64,000 nucleotides of DNA from Dehalococcoidia bacterium (GCA_034432935.1 DAOUBD010000054.1:52-64051), one strand, 5' to 3'; shown: positions 50,229 through 59,472, numbered from the stretch's first letter. Made by a program: numbers and translations. The notes: generated by a model from the letters alone, not told the origin.

Positions 50229-50567
50229 ATGAACTGCACCGTCTGCGGAGCCCACGTACCAGCAGGCGCGGCGGCTTGCCTCGCCTGCGGGGCCAGCGTA
50301 CGCCTGCCTGTACCGCGCAGGCGCGCTTCCGCGCCAGCCGTCTGGCGACAGGCGGCCCCCATCGTTGCGCGGGGTGCTGCGCTGGTGGCCCTGGGGGTCC
50401 TAAGCGAATGGCTCCTCCGTTCGGCGGCCAAGAGGGCTCTATCGCTGCCTTTCGGCGGAAGACGGCGCAAGCGCACGGCCTTGGCGCGGCGCCAGCGCCA
50501 GCCGGCCAGCGGTGTTGTCGCCGTCAGCGAGACGATCATCGCCCGGCGCGTGGTCTACCGGAGCTAG
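50229..50567 (+). CDS. small zinc-ribbon membrane protein
   Basis: CTVCG..x11..CLACG ribbon, one TM, basic tail. Confidence 0.35.
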   Translation: MNCTVCGAHVPAGAAACLACGASVRLPVPRRRASAPAVWRQAAPIVARGAALVALGVLSEWLLRSAAKRALSLPFGGRRRKRTALARRQRQPASGVVAVSETIIARRVVYRS

Positions 50568-50618
50568 CCGGAAGCCCGGATGCTGTAACGCCGGCGGGTC
50601 TCTCGCGTCCCTTTTTTG

Positions 50619-51020
50619 ATGCATGAGTTCGACACTGCGACCCGTGTCGCTAACGCTTGCCCCATCTGCCAATCGCCCATCGACAATGGCGATCTCTTCT
50701 GTCCCCGCTGTGGCAATTTCCTCCACGGCGATAACTCCAGCCCGGATGCCCTGAACCTGCCCGTCGTGCACCTCTTGACCCAGGTGTGCACTCTCCAGAA
50801 AGACCTGCTGCACCAGTTTCGGACGGGCCAGGCCCTCCAGGCGCGGCAGTTCCAGCAGGCGCTGAGGCTCCAGGCTGAGCAGTTGAACCAGACCCTGGCC
50901 CACGCCGCCCGGCAGATGGAGTCGCAGGAGCGCAAGCTGCGCCTCCTGGTGACCTGGGCCACGGGCATCGCTGCCGCAGCCATCGGGCTCGTCCTCATCG
51001 TCACCCAGATCACCAACTGA
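50619..51020 (+). CDS. small zinc-ribbon / coiled-coil protein with C-terminal TM anchor
   Basis: CPICQ..x10..CPRCG ribbon, Q/L-rich coiled coil, C-terminal TM; ATG 50619. Confidence 0.4.
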   Translation: MHEFDTATRVANACPICQSPIDNGDLFCPRCGNFLHGDNSSPDALNLPVVHLLTQVCTLQKDLLHQFRTGQALQARQFQQALRLQAEQLNQTLAHAARQMESQERKLRLLVTWATGIAAAAIGLVLIVTQITN

Positions 51021-51129
51021 GTCCGCCGCCCAGCGGGGGCGCATGCCGCCTCAACGGCGATGCCGTAAAATACCGTCTGGTGGCCACGTCAGCTCTCTCG
51101 ACCATCGCGACACCCGGCGCCCTCAACGC

Positions 51130-52410
51130 ATGAACGTCCTAGTTGTCGGCGGCGGCGCCCGCGAGCACGCCATAGCCTGGAAGCTCCGCCAATCGCCCAG
51201 GCTCGGGGACCTCTTCGTAGCCCCTGGCAACGCCGGGACAGCGGCCATAGCCCAAAACCTGCCCGTGAAGGCGCTGGACGCAGAGGGCATTCTGGCTGCC
51301 GTCAGAGAGCACCACATCGATCTGGTGATCGTCGGCCCGGAGGCCCCGCTATCTGCCGGGCTGGTGGACCGTCTGGCTGCGGAGGGCGTAGCCGCCTTCG
51401 GGCCGAGCCAGGAGGCCGCCCGCATCGAGTCCTCGAAGGCTTTCTCCAAGCGGCTGATGATGGAGCACGGCATACCGACAGCCCAGGCCGCCACCTTCAG
51501 CAGCCGGACGGAAGCCCGCGACTACGTTCTTCGCCAGGATGGGGCCCTGGTAGTGAAGGCCGACGGCCTGGCGGCGGGCAAGGGCGTATTTGTCTGTGAG
51601 GACCCAGATGAGGCCCTGCGGGCCATCGATCTGATGATGGGCGAAGACGCGGTGTTCGGCGAGGCAGGCCGCACCGTTGTCATCGAGGAACGGCTATCGG
51701 GGCGGGAGGTCTCCGCCCACGCCTTCACCGACGGCATGTCAGTAAGACCGATGCCCTTCTCCTGCGATTACAAGCGGGCCCTGGACGGAGACCGGGGACC
51801 CAACACCGGAGGCATGGGAGCCTACAGTCCCCCCATGTGGCTGGACGAGGGCCTGGAACGGGTCATCCATGAGCGAATCACCGAGGCGGCAGTGCGGGCG
51901 ATGGCCCAGGAGGGCCGGCCTTACCGGGGCGTCCTCTACCCGGGGCTGATGGTCACAGCCGACGGGCCGAAGGTGCTGGAGTTCAACTGCCGTTTTGGTG
52001 ACCCGGAGACCCAGGTGCTCCTGCCGCGGCTCAAAGGAGACCTCCTGGAGATCTGCTGGCACGTCGTCAACGGGACGTTGGCGGACGCCTCGGTCGATTG
52101 GTCGACGGACGCTTGTGTGGGGGTGGTGATGGCTTCGGGCGGCTATCCAGACGACTATCAGACGGGCTACGAGATCGCAGGGCTGGGGAGCGTGGAGCCC
52201 GGCGTGCTGGTGTTCCATGCCGGCACAGCCATCGCCGAGGACGGCTCTGTGGTGACGGCCGGCGGGCGTGTCCTCACGGTGGTGGCCACCGGCCGCACCC
52301 TGGCAGAGGCCCGGGGAAAGGCCTATCGCAACGTCCAACGCATCCATTTCTCGCGCTGCCACTACCGCAAGGATATCGCCGCACCGGCGGCAGACGCCCG
52401 CGCCGAGTAG
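51130..52410 (+). CDS. purD: phosphoribosylamine--glycine ligase
   Basis: MNVLVVGGGAREHAIAWKL and the ATP-grasp core. Confidence 0.9.
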   Translation: MNVLVVGGGAREHAIAWKLRQSPRLGDLFVAPGNAGTAAIAQNLPVKALDAEGILAAVREHHIDLVIVGPEAPLSAGLVDRLAAEGVAAFGPSQEAARIESSKAFSKRLMMEHGIPTAQAATFSSRTEARDYVLRQDGALVVKADGLAAGKGVFVCEDPDEALRAIDLMMGEDAVFGEAGRTVVIEERLSGREVSAHAFTDGMSVRPMPFSCDYKRALDGDRGPNTGGMGAYSPPMWLDEGLERVIHERITEAAVRAMAQEGRPYRGVLYPGLMVTADGPKVLEFNCRFGDPETQVLLPRLKGDLLEICWHVVNGTLADASVDWSTDACVGVVMASGGYPDDYQTGYEIAGLGSVEPGVLVFHAGTAIAEDGSVVTAGGRVLTVVATGRTLAEARGKAYRNVQRIHFSRCHYRKDIAAPAADARAE

Positions 52411-52427
52411 GGAGCCGCGGTGCTAGA

Positions 52428-52904
52428 ATGAACGCCGGTATGCCTGGCCGCGTTGCCGTAGTCACCGGATCGAAATCAGACCTCCCGCTCCTCCGGCCGT
52501 GTCTTGACACCCTCACGGAACTGGGGATCGCGCACGAGGTGATGGTGATGTCGGCTCACCGCACGCCATCGAAGGTCCAGCAGTTCGCTACCACAGCAGC
52601 GGAGAGGGGGTTCGAGGTGATCATCGCCGCCGCCGGCATGGCTGCGCACCTCCCCGGGGTCATAGCCGCCTGGACGCCCCTGCCCGTAATCGGGGTGCCT
52701 CTGGCCCCAGCCGGAGGGCAGGGGCTCACGGGGCTGGACTCCCTGCTCTCCATCGTCCAAATGCCACCCGGGGTGCCCGTGGCCTGCATGGCCATCAATG
52801 GCGCCAAGAACGCAGCCCTCTTTGCCGCCGCCGTCCTAGCCCTCAGGCACGAGGACATCCGCCAGGCCCTGGGCCGCTTTCGGGCCACGCAGTCTTCATC
52901 CTGA
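52428..52904 (+). CDS. purE: N5-carboxyaminoimidazole ribonucleotide mutase
   Basis: VAVVTGSKSDL..AGMAAHLPGV signature; ATG 52428. Confidence 0.85.
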   Translation: MNAGMPGRVAVVTGSKSDLPLLRPCLDTLTELGIAHEVMVMSAHRTPSKVQQFATTAAERGFEVIIAAAGMAAHLPGVIAAWTPLPVIGVPLAPAGGQGLTGLDSLLSIVQMPPGVPVACMAINGAKNAALFAAAVLALRHEDIRQALGRFRATQSSS

Positions 52905-52936
52905 GCCCCGTCGACCAAAAGAAAGGAGGACGCCCC

Positions 52937-53260
52937 ATGCCCATCGTTCACCACGGATCGGCAACCCCTGTCGAAATGCTGCCGGGGGTCGTGCGCCGCA
53001 CAATGACAGACGGCGAACGCATGATGTTGTGCGAGGTGCGCATGGAGAAGGGGGCCGTGGTGCCTCAGCACACCCACCCGCACGAACAGACGGGGTGGCT
53101 GGCCTCCGGCAAGCTCCGGCTGATGGTGGCTGGCGAGAGCCGCGATCTGGCCCCCGGCGACGCTTGGATGATCCCCGGTGGCGTGCCTCATGAGGCCATA
53201 GCGCTGGAGGCATGCGTGTTCGTTGACATCTTCTCGCCGCCCCGGGACGAATACCGGTAG
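52937..53260 (+). CDS. cupin-domain protein
   Basis: HTHPHEQ..G..H..P...PH cupin metal motif. Confidence 0.6.
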   Translation: MPIVHHGSATPVEMLPGVVRRTMTDGERMMLCEVRMEKGAVVPQHTHPHEQTGWLASGKLRLMVAGESRDLAPGDAWMIPGGVPHEAIALEACVFVDIFSPPRDEYR

Positions 53261-53387
53261 TGGCTCGTCATCTCGTTGCCCTTTCCCGTCCCCCCGGCAT
53301 GCACTACACTAACGGCGTGGCACCCTACCGCAACCGAGCGCCATGCGCTAGCCCCCGAGAGCCCAGCCCGCTACTGGCCCCCCAGCG

Positions 53388-54677
53388 ATGATCGAACGCT
53401 ACAGCCGGCCCCAGATGGCCGCTATCTGGTCCGAGGAGCGCAAGCTAGACACCTGGCTGAGGGTGGAGATCGCCGTCTGCGAGGCGTGGGCCGAGCGCGG
53501 GGTGATCCCTCCGGAGGCGATGGCCAGGATCCGCGGCGCCCGCTACGACATCGAGCGCTGGCGGCAGTACGAGAAGGAGATGCACCACGATTTCAACGCC
53601 TTCTTGCGCTCCGTGGCGGACAGCCTGGGCGAGGAGTCGCGCTTCGTGCATCTGGGACTGACCTCGTACGATGTGGAGGACACGGCGCTGGCCCTGCGGC
53701 TCGTGGAGGCCACGGACCTCCTGGAGCAAGATGTCCACACCCTGATGGAGGCCATCGCTGCGCGGGCCCGGGAGCACAAGGACACCATCATCATGGGCCG
53801 CAGCCACGGTGTGCATGCCGAGCCCACCTCCTTCGGCCTCAAGCTGGCCGGCTGGTGGGACGAGATGCGCCGCCACTCCCACCGGCTCACCCATGCCAAA
53901 GAGCAGGTGGCCGTGGGCAAGATATCGGGCCCTGTAGGCTCCCACGCCAGCGTCCCGCCGGACCTGGAGGAGGACGTCTGCGGGAGTCTGGGCCTCCTCG
54001 CGGAGCCGGTGTCCACGCAGGTGGTCCACCGCGACCGGCACGCCCTTTTCGTTTCGACCCTGGCGCTTGTGGCAGCGAGCCTCGAGAAGTTCGCCACTGA
54101 GATACGCCACCTCCAGCGCACCGAGGTGCTGGAGGTCGAGGAGCCGTTCCTCGCGGGGCAGACGGGCTCATCGGCCATGCCCCACAAGCGCAACCCCGAG
54201 AAGTGTGAGCGCATCACCGGGCTGGCCAGGCTCTTCCGGGGCTACGCCCTCGCTGCCCTGGAAGACGTCGCCCTATGGCACGAACGGGACATCTCCCACT
54301 CGTCGGTGGAGCGCGTGATACTTCCTGACGCCTGCATCCTCCTGGACTACATGCTGGACCTGATGACGTTCATTGTCCGGGGAATGCGGGTCTACCCCGA
54401 GCGGATGAAAGAGAATATGGAGGCCAGCTACGGCCTGCCATTCTCGCAGCGGGTGCTCCTGGCTCTTATCGATAAGGGTATGGGCCGGCAGGAAGCGTAC
54501 AAGGTTGTACAGCGATGCGCCATGCGATCATGGGAAACGCGGACGCCCTTCTTGGAGCTCTTGCGTCAAGACCCCGATATCACCTCCCGCCTTGAGCCCT
54601 CTGAACTTTCATCCCTGTTCGACTACGGATACTACCTCCGGCACGTCGATGACAGTTTCCGCAGGTTGGGCCTATGA
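53388..54677 (+). CDS. purB: adenylosuccinate lyase
   Basis: Fumarase/ASL family with the SSxMPxKxN loop ([11 protein letters not shown]). Confidence 0.9.
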   Translation: MIERYSRPQMAAIWSEERKLDTWLRVEIAVCEAWAERGVIPPEAMARIRGARYDIERWRQYEKEMHHDFNAFLRSVADSLGEESRFVHLGLTSYDVEDTALALRLVEATDLLEQDVHTLMEAIAARAREHKDTIIMGRSHGVHAEPTSFGLKLAGWWDEMRRHSHRLTHAKEQVAVGKISGPVGSHASVPPDLEEDVCGSLGLLAEPVSTQVVHRDRHALFVSTLALVAASLEKFATEIRHLQRTEVLEVEEPFLAGQTGSSAMPHKRNPEKCERITGLARLFRGYALAALEDVALWHERDISHSSVERVILPDACILLDYMLDLMTFIVRGMRVYPERMKENMEASYGLPFSQRVLLALIDKGMGRQEAYKVVQRCAMRSWETRTPFLELLRQDPDITSRLEPSELSSLFDYGYYLRHVDDSFRRLGL

Positions 54678-55570
54678 GCACGGTGCTCAACGAATCGGCC
54701 CTCGACCTGCCCCTGCTCACCCGAGGCAAGGTGCGCGACGTCTATGACCTGGGGGACAAGCTCCTCATAGTGGCCACGGACCGCATCTCCGCCTTCGATG
54801 TGGTCCTCCCCACCGGCATCCCGGACAAGGGGCTGGTCCTCACCCAGATGTCGGCCTTCTGGTTCGAGATGACGGGCGATATCGTGCCCAACCACTTCCT
54901 GGGGCTGGTGGACGCGACTCGTGTCGAAGGCATGCCTGTGGAGCTGCCCCGCGAGATCATCGGCCGCGCCATGTTGGTGCGAAAGGCGGAGCGGATCGAT
55001 ATCGAGTGCGTCGTCCGCGGCTATCTCTCTGGCTCCGGTTGGAAGGACTACCAGGCCTCCGGCTCCATCAGCGGCGTGAAGCTGCCGCCTGGCCTCCAGG
55101 AGAGCGACGAGCTGCCGGAACCCATCTTTACGCCCACCACGAAGGCGGCGGAAGGCCACGACCAGCCCATATCCTACCGCCAGGTGGTGCAGCGGGCGGG
55201 CCAGCGCGCCGCCAACGCCATGAAGCTCCGCAGCCTGGCCCTGTATCGGTATGGCCGTGACTACGCCCGGGACCGTGGCATCATCATCGCTGACACCAAG
55301 TTCGAGTTCGGCTGGCTCGACGATGAGATCATCCTCATCGATGAATGCCTGACGCCGGACTCCAGCCGCTTCTGGCCCGCGGACGCCTACCGGCCCGGGG
55401 GGCCCCAGCCGAGCTTCGACAAACAGTACGTAAGGGACTACCTGACAGAGATTGGCTGGAACCGGGAGCCGCCGGCGCCCGAGTTGCCGGCCGACGTGGT
55501 GGCCAGGACGGCGGAGAAGTACCGGGAGGCGTTTCGCCGCCTCACCGGCCGGGAGCTGGTGCGGCCGTGA
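54674..55570 (+). CDS. purC: phosphoribosylaminoimidazole-succinocarboxamide synthase
   Basis: SAICAR synthetase motifs; ATGA overlap with purB. Confidence 0.9.
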   Translation: MSTVLNESALDLPLLTRGKVRDVYDLGDKLLIVATDRISAFDVVLPTGIPDKGLVLTQMSAFWFEMTGDIVPNHFLGLVDATRVEGMPVELPREIIGRAMLVRKAERIDIECVVRGYLSGSGWKDYQASGSISGVKLPPGLQESDELPEPIFTPTTKAAEGHDQPISYRQVVQRAGQRAANAMKLRSLALYRYGRDYARDRGIIIADTKFEFGWLDDEIILIDECLTPDSSRFWPADAYRPGGPQPSFDKQYVRDYLTEIGWNREPPAPELPADVVARTAEKYREAFRRLTGRELVRP

Positions 55571-55986
55571 GCAGCCCTCCGCCGGCCATCGCAGAATTCC
55601 TGCGTGGGCCGCGCGTCGCGGCCCTGGCCACGGTCAGGCCGGACGGCCGGCCCCACGTCACGCCGGTGTGGTACGAGTATGACGGCACCGAGTTCATCGT
55701 CAGCACATTCCGGGCCTCCCAGAAGCTGCGGAACGTTCGCCACAAGGGATTCGCCTGCCTCTGCATCTACTCCCAAGAGATCCCTTACCGGCAGGTCATC
55801 GTCGAAGGCACTGCCCGGGCAGGAGGGCCCCTGGATAACGTCTGCCGGCTGCGCGTAGCCACCCGCTACCTGGGCGAGGCGGCCGCCAAGGCCTACGTCC
55901 GGGACACGGCGGATTGGGACGTGGCATCCATCTGGATCCGGCCCGTCCGATGGATTACAGAGGGCTTCCAGGAGGAGGAAGAATGA
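55567..55986 (+). CDS. pyridoxamine 5'-phosphate oxidase-family (split-barrel) protein
   Basis: GTG 55567 overlaps the purC stop; [18 protein letters not shown] pattern. Confidence 0.6.
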   Translation: MSSPPPAIAEFLRGPRVAALATVRPDGRPHVTPVWYEYDGTEFIVSTFRASQKLRNVRHKGFACLCIYSQEIPYRQVIVEGTARAGGPLDNVCRLRVATRYLGEAAAKAYVRDTADWDVASIWIRPVRWITEGFQEEEE

Positions 55987-56522
55987 CGCAACAGTCCAGC
56001 CCTTTCGATGAGATCGTGTCCTACGTCCGCCACCAGGCGGCCAAAGGGCCAGAACACTTGGACTCCCTGATGGAGCGCACGCAGGCCGACTGGGCCCGCT
56101 GCCTGGAGGGTATGTCAGAAGCACAGGCCACCTTTCGCGCCGGGAAGGAATGGACTGTGAAAGAGATCTTGGGCCACGCCATCGGCTCCACCCGGCTCGT
56201 CAACCGGCAGGTGGCGGAGGCCGCGCAGGGCGTCGTAACGGATTCACCCTTCGGCGAGGCCGAGGAGCTGCGGAACCAGGCGCCGAGAGAGGAGCGGCGG
56301 CCGGTGGAAGAGCTGCGGAGAGAGATGACGGCGGCGCTGGAGGAGACACGGGCGCTGGTCCGGCGGTTGGCCCAGGACAATCCCCCGGACGTGACTTTCA
56401 AGCACCCCTTCTTCGGCTCCCTGCGGCTCATGGAATGGATCGCTTTCCAGCGGGTACATAGCCTGGACCACATCCAACAGATCGAGAAGGTCAAGGCGGA
56501 CCCAGCGTATCCGAGGGGTTGA
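55983..56522 (+). CDS. DinB/YfiT-like four-helix-bundle protein
   Basis: ATG 55983 overlaps the previous stop; DinB_2-like His triad context. Confidence 0.55.
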   Translation: MTQQSSPFDEIVSYVRHQAAKGPEHLDSLMERTQADWARCLEGMSEAQATFRAGKEWTVKEILGHAIGSTRLVNRQVAEAAQGVVTDSPFGEAEELRNQAPREERRPVEELRREMTAALEETRALVRRLAQDNPPDVTFKHPFFGSLRLMEWIAFQRVHSLDHIQQIEKVKADPAYPRG

Positions 56523-56526
56523 GCCG

Positions 56527-56808
56527 ATGTTCCTGGCCCGCGTTTACGTCACGCTCAAGCCGACGGTGAACGACCCCCAGGGGCTGACCATCAAGGGGGC
56601 GTTGCACTCGCTGGGGTTCGCGGACGTCGAGTCCGTCCGCGCCGGGAAATACATGGAGATACGGCTGAAGGCGAAGGACAGCAAGGCGGCGGAGGAGCAG
56701 GTGCGGGATATGTGCCGTAGGCTTCTGGCGAACCCGGTGATCGAGGACTTCCGGTACGAGATAGAGGAGGGGAAGGCGGCGCGCTCCCGCGCCGGCCGCC
56801 GCCCCTGA
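56527..56808 (+). CDS. purS: phosphoribosylformylglycinamidine synthase subunit PurS
   Basis: VYVTLKP.VNDPQG..LANPVIEDFRYEIEE matches PurS. The last 10 codons and the stop lie inside the left 54-bp repeat copy. Confidence 0.85.
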   Translation: MFLARVYVTLKPTVNDPQGLTIKGALHSLGFADVESVRAGKYMEIRLKAKDSKAAEEQVRDMCRRLLANPVIEDFRYEIEEGKAARSRAGRRP

Positions 56809-56829
56809 CGCCGGCTCCGGGCGCCGGCG
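56776..56829. repeat. left copy of a 54-bp direct repeat (53/54 identical to 57625..57678)
   Basis: GCGGCGCGCTCCCGCGCCGGCCGCCGC(C/T)CCTGACGCCGGCTCCGGGCGCCGGCG read directly in both places; the copies lie 849 bp apart. Confidence 0.85.
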
Positions 56830-56927
56830 ATCGCCGTATAGCCGGAACGGCCCGATTCCGCTCTCGGTTGGAGCTTCGCGGGTGCCACGGCCGGCGTACC
56901 GGCACGAACCGAGCCCCCAGCGGCCGT

Positions 56928-57413
56928 CTACGATTGACCGCCAGCCCGTTCGACCGCCCTCAGACCGGCATTTGTTAGCTCCCAGACGCCTCGCTGCGAG
57001 TCCTTCCGCAAGAGGCCCTGGTTGACGAGGTCGTAGCGCGCCCACTGGGCGGTGTTGCGCCACCGAATGCCGCCGGTACTCAAGGGCTGTTTGTCGACCT
57101 CGCCAAGAATGGCGTCGACCTTCTGTCCCACCAGGGTGAGGACGTCGTCGACGCGACCCTTTCCGCCCAACTCGTAGAGCGACTCCAGGATGGGCCGATA
57201 GTAGGCGCTCTGGGGAAGCTTTTGCCCTCTGGGGAGCTTCGGCGCACCGAGGCGCCGGCCACCCACACTTCCACGTGTGGTGGGCCGCAACCCTCGGCGC
57301 CTCTCTGCGTAGTCGAGGAGCCTTCGGAGAGCATCCGCCGGAGTGTCTTCCAGCGGCTCGGCCCACCGCTTCAGGCGCTCCCACGTGGCGTCGTCAATCC
57401 TAATAACCGGCAC
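56928..57413 (-). CDS. small DNA-binding protein: N-terminal SeqA-N/RHH-like domain - R/G/P-rich linker - C-terminal Mrr-N-like winged helix
   Basis: GTG 57413, 6 nt after AAAGGAGGG. N-terminus MPVIRIDDATWERLKRW..PADALRRLLDY resembles SeqA N-terminal MKTIEVDDELYSYI..SASDILRRMLK. C-terminus YYRPILESLYELGG..IRWRNTAQWARYDLVNQGLLRKDSQRGVWELTNAG matches the Mrr N-terminal wH pattern. 161 aa. Confidence 0.55.
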   Translation of the reverse strand: MPVIRIDDATWERLKRWAEPLEDTPADALRRLLDYAERRRGLRPTTRGSVGGRRLGAPKLPRGQKLPQSAYYRPILESLYELGGKGRVDDVLTLVGQKVDAILGEVDKQPLSTGGIRWRNTAQWARYDLVNQGLLRKDSQRGVWELTNAGLRAVERAGGQS

Positions 57414-57444
57414 CGTTCCCTCCTTTCATTTGTTACCTTGTTAC

Positions 57445-57464
57445 ATTGTAGCACACGCTGTCAA
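57445..57464 (-). promoter_or_regulatory. extended -10 promoter (TGcTACAAT) with upstream TTGACA, in an AT-rich leader
   Basis: Minus-strand read: GGGGACTTGACAGCGTGTGCTACAATGTAACAAGGTAACAAATGAAAGGAGGGAACG-GTG. Confidence 0.45.
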
Positions 57465-57624
57465 GTCCCCGGATGAGACTGTCCGCCGGCCTCAGGACCG
57501 GTCGGCCGGCCCCGCGTTCGACACGCCAATAGGGGGACTCCTGAGATCGTATCGAGAGCGCAGCGGCGCCCTCAGGACACCGGTCGAAGACCTGGGCCGG
57601 AAAGCGTGGGCGGGAGGCCCACGC

Positions 57625-57678
57625 GCGGCGCGCTCCCGCGCCGGCCGCCGCTCCTGACGCCGGCTCCGGGCGCCGGCG
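57625..57678. repeat. right copy of the 54-bp direct repeat
   Basis: See the left copy; single C/T mismatch. Confidence 0.85.
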
Positions 57679-57779
57679 CGCACCGAGCCGGCGCGCACTG
57701 AGGCGGCGGCGCTATGACGGGAAGCCTCCTCGAGCGAGCAGCGCTGGCGGGTGCAGGCTCCGGCTTCTAGGCCGTCGCC

Positions 57780-58376
57780 CTAGAGAACGTCTTTGGTGCT
57801 CGGTATCTCGCCCCCCATGCGGGGGTCGATGGCGACGGCTGCGGCGAGGGCGCGGGCCAGGGCCTTGAAGACAGCCTCGGCGCGGTGGTGGTCGTTGGCG
57901 CCGGAGAGAAGGCGGGCGTGCAGGTTCAGGCGGCCCTCCTGGGCGAAGGCAGCCAGGAAGTGCTGGATGTTCTCGGTCGGAAGCTGTCCGATGTCGTCGC
58001 GGCCGAAGGCGAGGTCGAGAGCGGCGTACGGCCGGCCGCCGAGGTCCACGGCCACGAGGGCTAGCGCCTCGTCCATGGGCACAACGGCGTGGCCGAAGCG
58101 GGCGATGCCACGGCGCTCCCCCAGCGCCTGGTCCAGAGCCTTGCCCAAGACCAAACCCACATCCTCCACCAAGTGATGCGGGTCACGCTCGATGTCCCCC
58201 TGGGCCTTGATGGTTATGTCCAACAGGCTATGGCGGGCCAACGACTCCAACAAGTGGTCCAGCATCCCGATGCCGGTGGCCACATCGTAGTGGCCTCTTC
58301 CGTCCAGCACCAGGCCCACGGTCACTTCCGTCTCCCGGGTCTTGCGCGAGACCTGGGCGCTACGCTTACTTGCCAA
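57780..58376 (-). CDS. hisB: imidazoleglycerol-phosphate dehydratase
   Basis: RETEVTV..DGRG..HHLVEDVG.. IGPD motifs. Confidence 0.9.
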   Translation of the reverse strand: MASKRSAQVSRKTRETEVTVGLVLDGRGHYDVATGIGMLDHLLESLARHSLLDITIKAQGDIERDPHHLVEDVGLVLGKALDQALGERRGIARFGHAVVPMDEALALVAVDLGGRPYAALDLAFGRDDIGQLPTENIQHFLAAFAQEGRLNLHARLLSGANDHHRAEAVFKALARALAAAVAIDPRMGGEIPSTKDVL

Positions 58377-59472
58377 CGCTCTCTCCTATCTCCAACAACG
58401 CGTCAACCAGGCGATCAGTCTGCTCGGGCTTGCCGACGCTGATCCGCAGGCAGTTCCGCAGTGCCGGGACATCGAAGTAGCGCACGAATATGCCCTTACG
58501 GCGCAGTTCGTCCCGCACCCTTCGGGCCTCCAGCCCCCTAATCTCGCAGAGGATGAAGTTCGCCTCCGAGGGATAGGGACGCAGCCAGGGGACCTGCGCC
58601 AAGAGTTCCCGCATCCGCTCTCTCTCTGCCACGATGAGGCCAACGTGGCGCTTCAGGAGGTCCGAGTCCTCCAAAGAGGCCAGGATCGCCCGCTCGGCGG
58701 CGGCGCTGAGGCTGTACGGCACCTTGACCTTCCATGCGATGTCCACCAGGGACGGCGGGAACACCGCGTAGCCTGCCCGGAGACCAGCTAGCCCCGCCCA
58801 CTTACTGAACGTCCGTACGACGATTAGGTTATCCCGGGAGTGCACCAGGTCCACCGCGCTCTCGCCCGAGAACTCGGCATAGGCTTCGTCCAGGACTACG
58901 ATGCTCCCATGCCGGAGGAGCCTCTCCAGGTGCTCCCGCGGCAGGGAGTCCCCGGTCGGATTGTTGGGAGAGGCCAGGAAGATGAGCTTGGCGCCCTGGT
59001 CCAGGGCCGCCTCGACCGCTGCTACGTCCAGGCTGAAGTCCTCCCTGCGGGGCGTCTCCACCAGCCGCGCCTCTGAGACCCGGGCCAAGAACTCGTACAT
59101 GCCAAAGGTGGGGGGCACATTCACCACGATGTCCCCCGGTGAGACGAACATGGTGCAGACCAGGGCCAACAGCTCATCGGAGCCGTTGCCCAAGACCACC
59201 TGCTCTGGCGAAACACCGGCGTACCTGGCGACGGCGTCACGCACCCGGCGCTGGGCAGGGTCCGGATAGATGTGATAGTAGGTGTAGCTGGCCAATGCCG
59301 CCACGACCTTGGGTGATGGGCCGTAGGGATTCTCGTTGCCGTCCAACTTCGCGATTTGGTCTTCAGGTATCCCCAGGCGTCGCGCCAGGACGTCGACGGG
59401 CTCAACGGGCTCGTAGCCCGGCATGTCAGCCAGGTGAGGGCGCACCAGGCGGCGGGCGTCACCGCGGCTCAT
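58366..59472 (-). CDS. hisC: histidinol-phosphate aminotransferase
   Basis: Class II aminotransferase; start at ATG 59472 (MSRGDARRLVRPHL). The track ORF is longer. Confidence 0.85.
   Translation of the reverse strand: MSRGDARRLVRPHLADMPGYEPVEPVDVLARRLGIPEDQIAKLDGNENPYGPSPKVVAALASYTYYHIYPDPAQRRVRDAVARYAGVSPEQVVLGNGSDELLALVCTMFVSPGDIVVNVPPTFGMYEFLARVSEARLVETPRREDFSLDVAAVEAALDQGAKLIFLASPNNPTGDSLPREHLERLLRHGSIVVLDEAYAEFSGESAVDLVHSRDNLIVVRTFSKWAGLAGLRAGYAVFPPSLVDIAWKVKVPYSLSAAAERAILASLEDSDLLKRHVGLIVAERERMRELLAQVPWLRPYPSEANFILCEIRGLEARRVRDELRRKGIFVRYFDVPALRNCLRISVGKPEQTDRLVDALLEIGESVGK

Larger units (their letters stand above)
56776..57678. mobile_element. candidate miniature integrated cassette (att-like 54-bp direct repeats flanking a 795-bp single-gene insert; no recombinase inside)
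   Basis: Direct repeats; one ORF with its own consensus promoter and SD; AT-rich leader unlike the host; sits at the 3' end of purS and replaces the expected purQ/purL. Confidence 0.35.

Noticed and set aside
51021-51129. Possible ZTP or purine riboswitch upstream of purD and in the 53261-53387 gap before purB
   Set aside because: I could not recognise the conserved pfl/ZTP or purine-aptamer core sequences by eye. This would need an Rfam covariance-model scan.
56776-57678. The 54-bp repeats considered as IS terminal inverted repeats with a transposase
   Set aside because: The repeats are direct, not inverted. The enclosed ORF is a small DNA-binding-type protein with no DDE, HUH or serine/tyrosine recombinase motifs, so the structure is not an autonomous IS.
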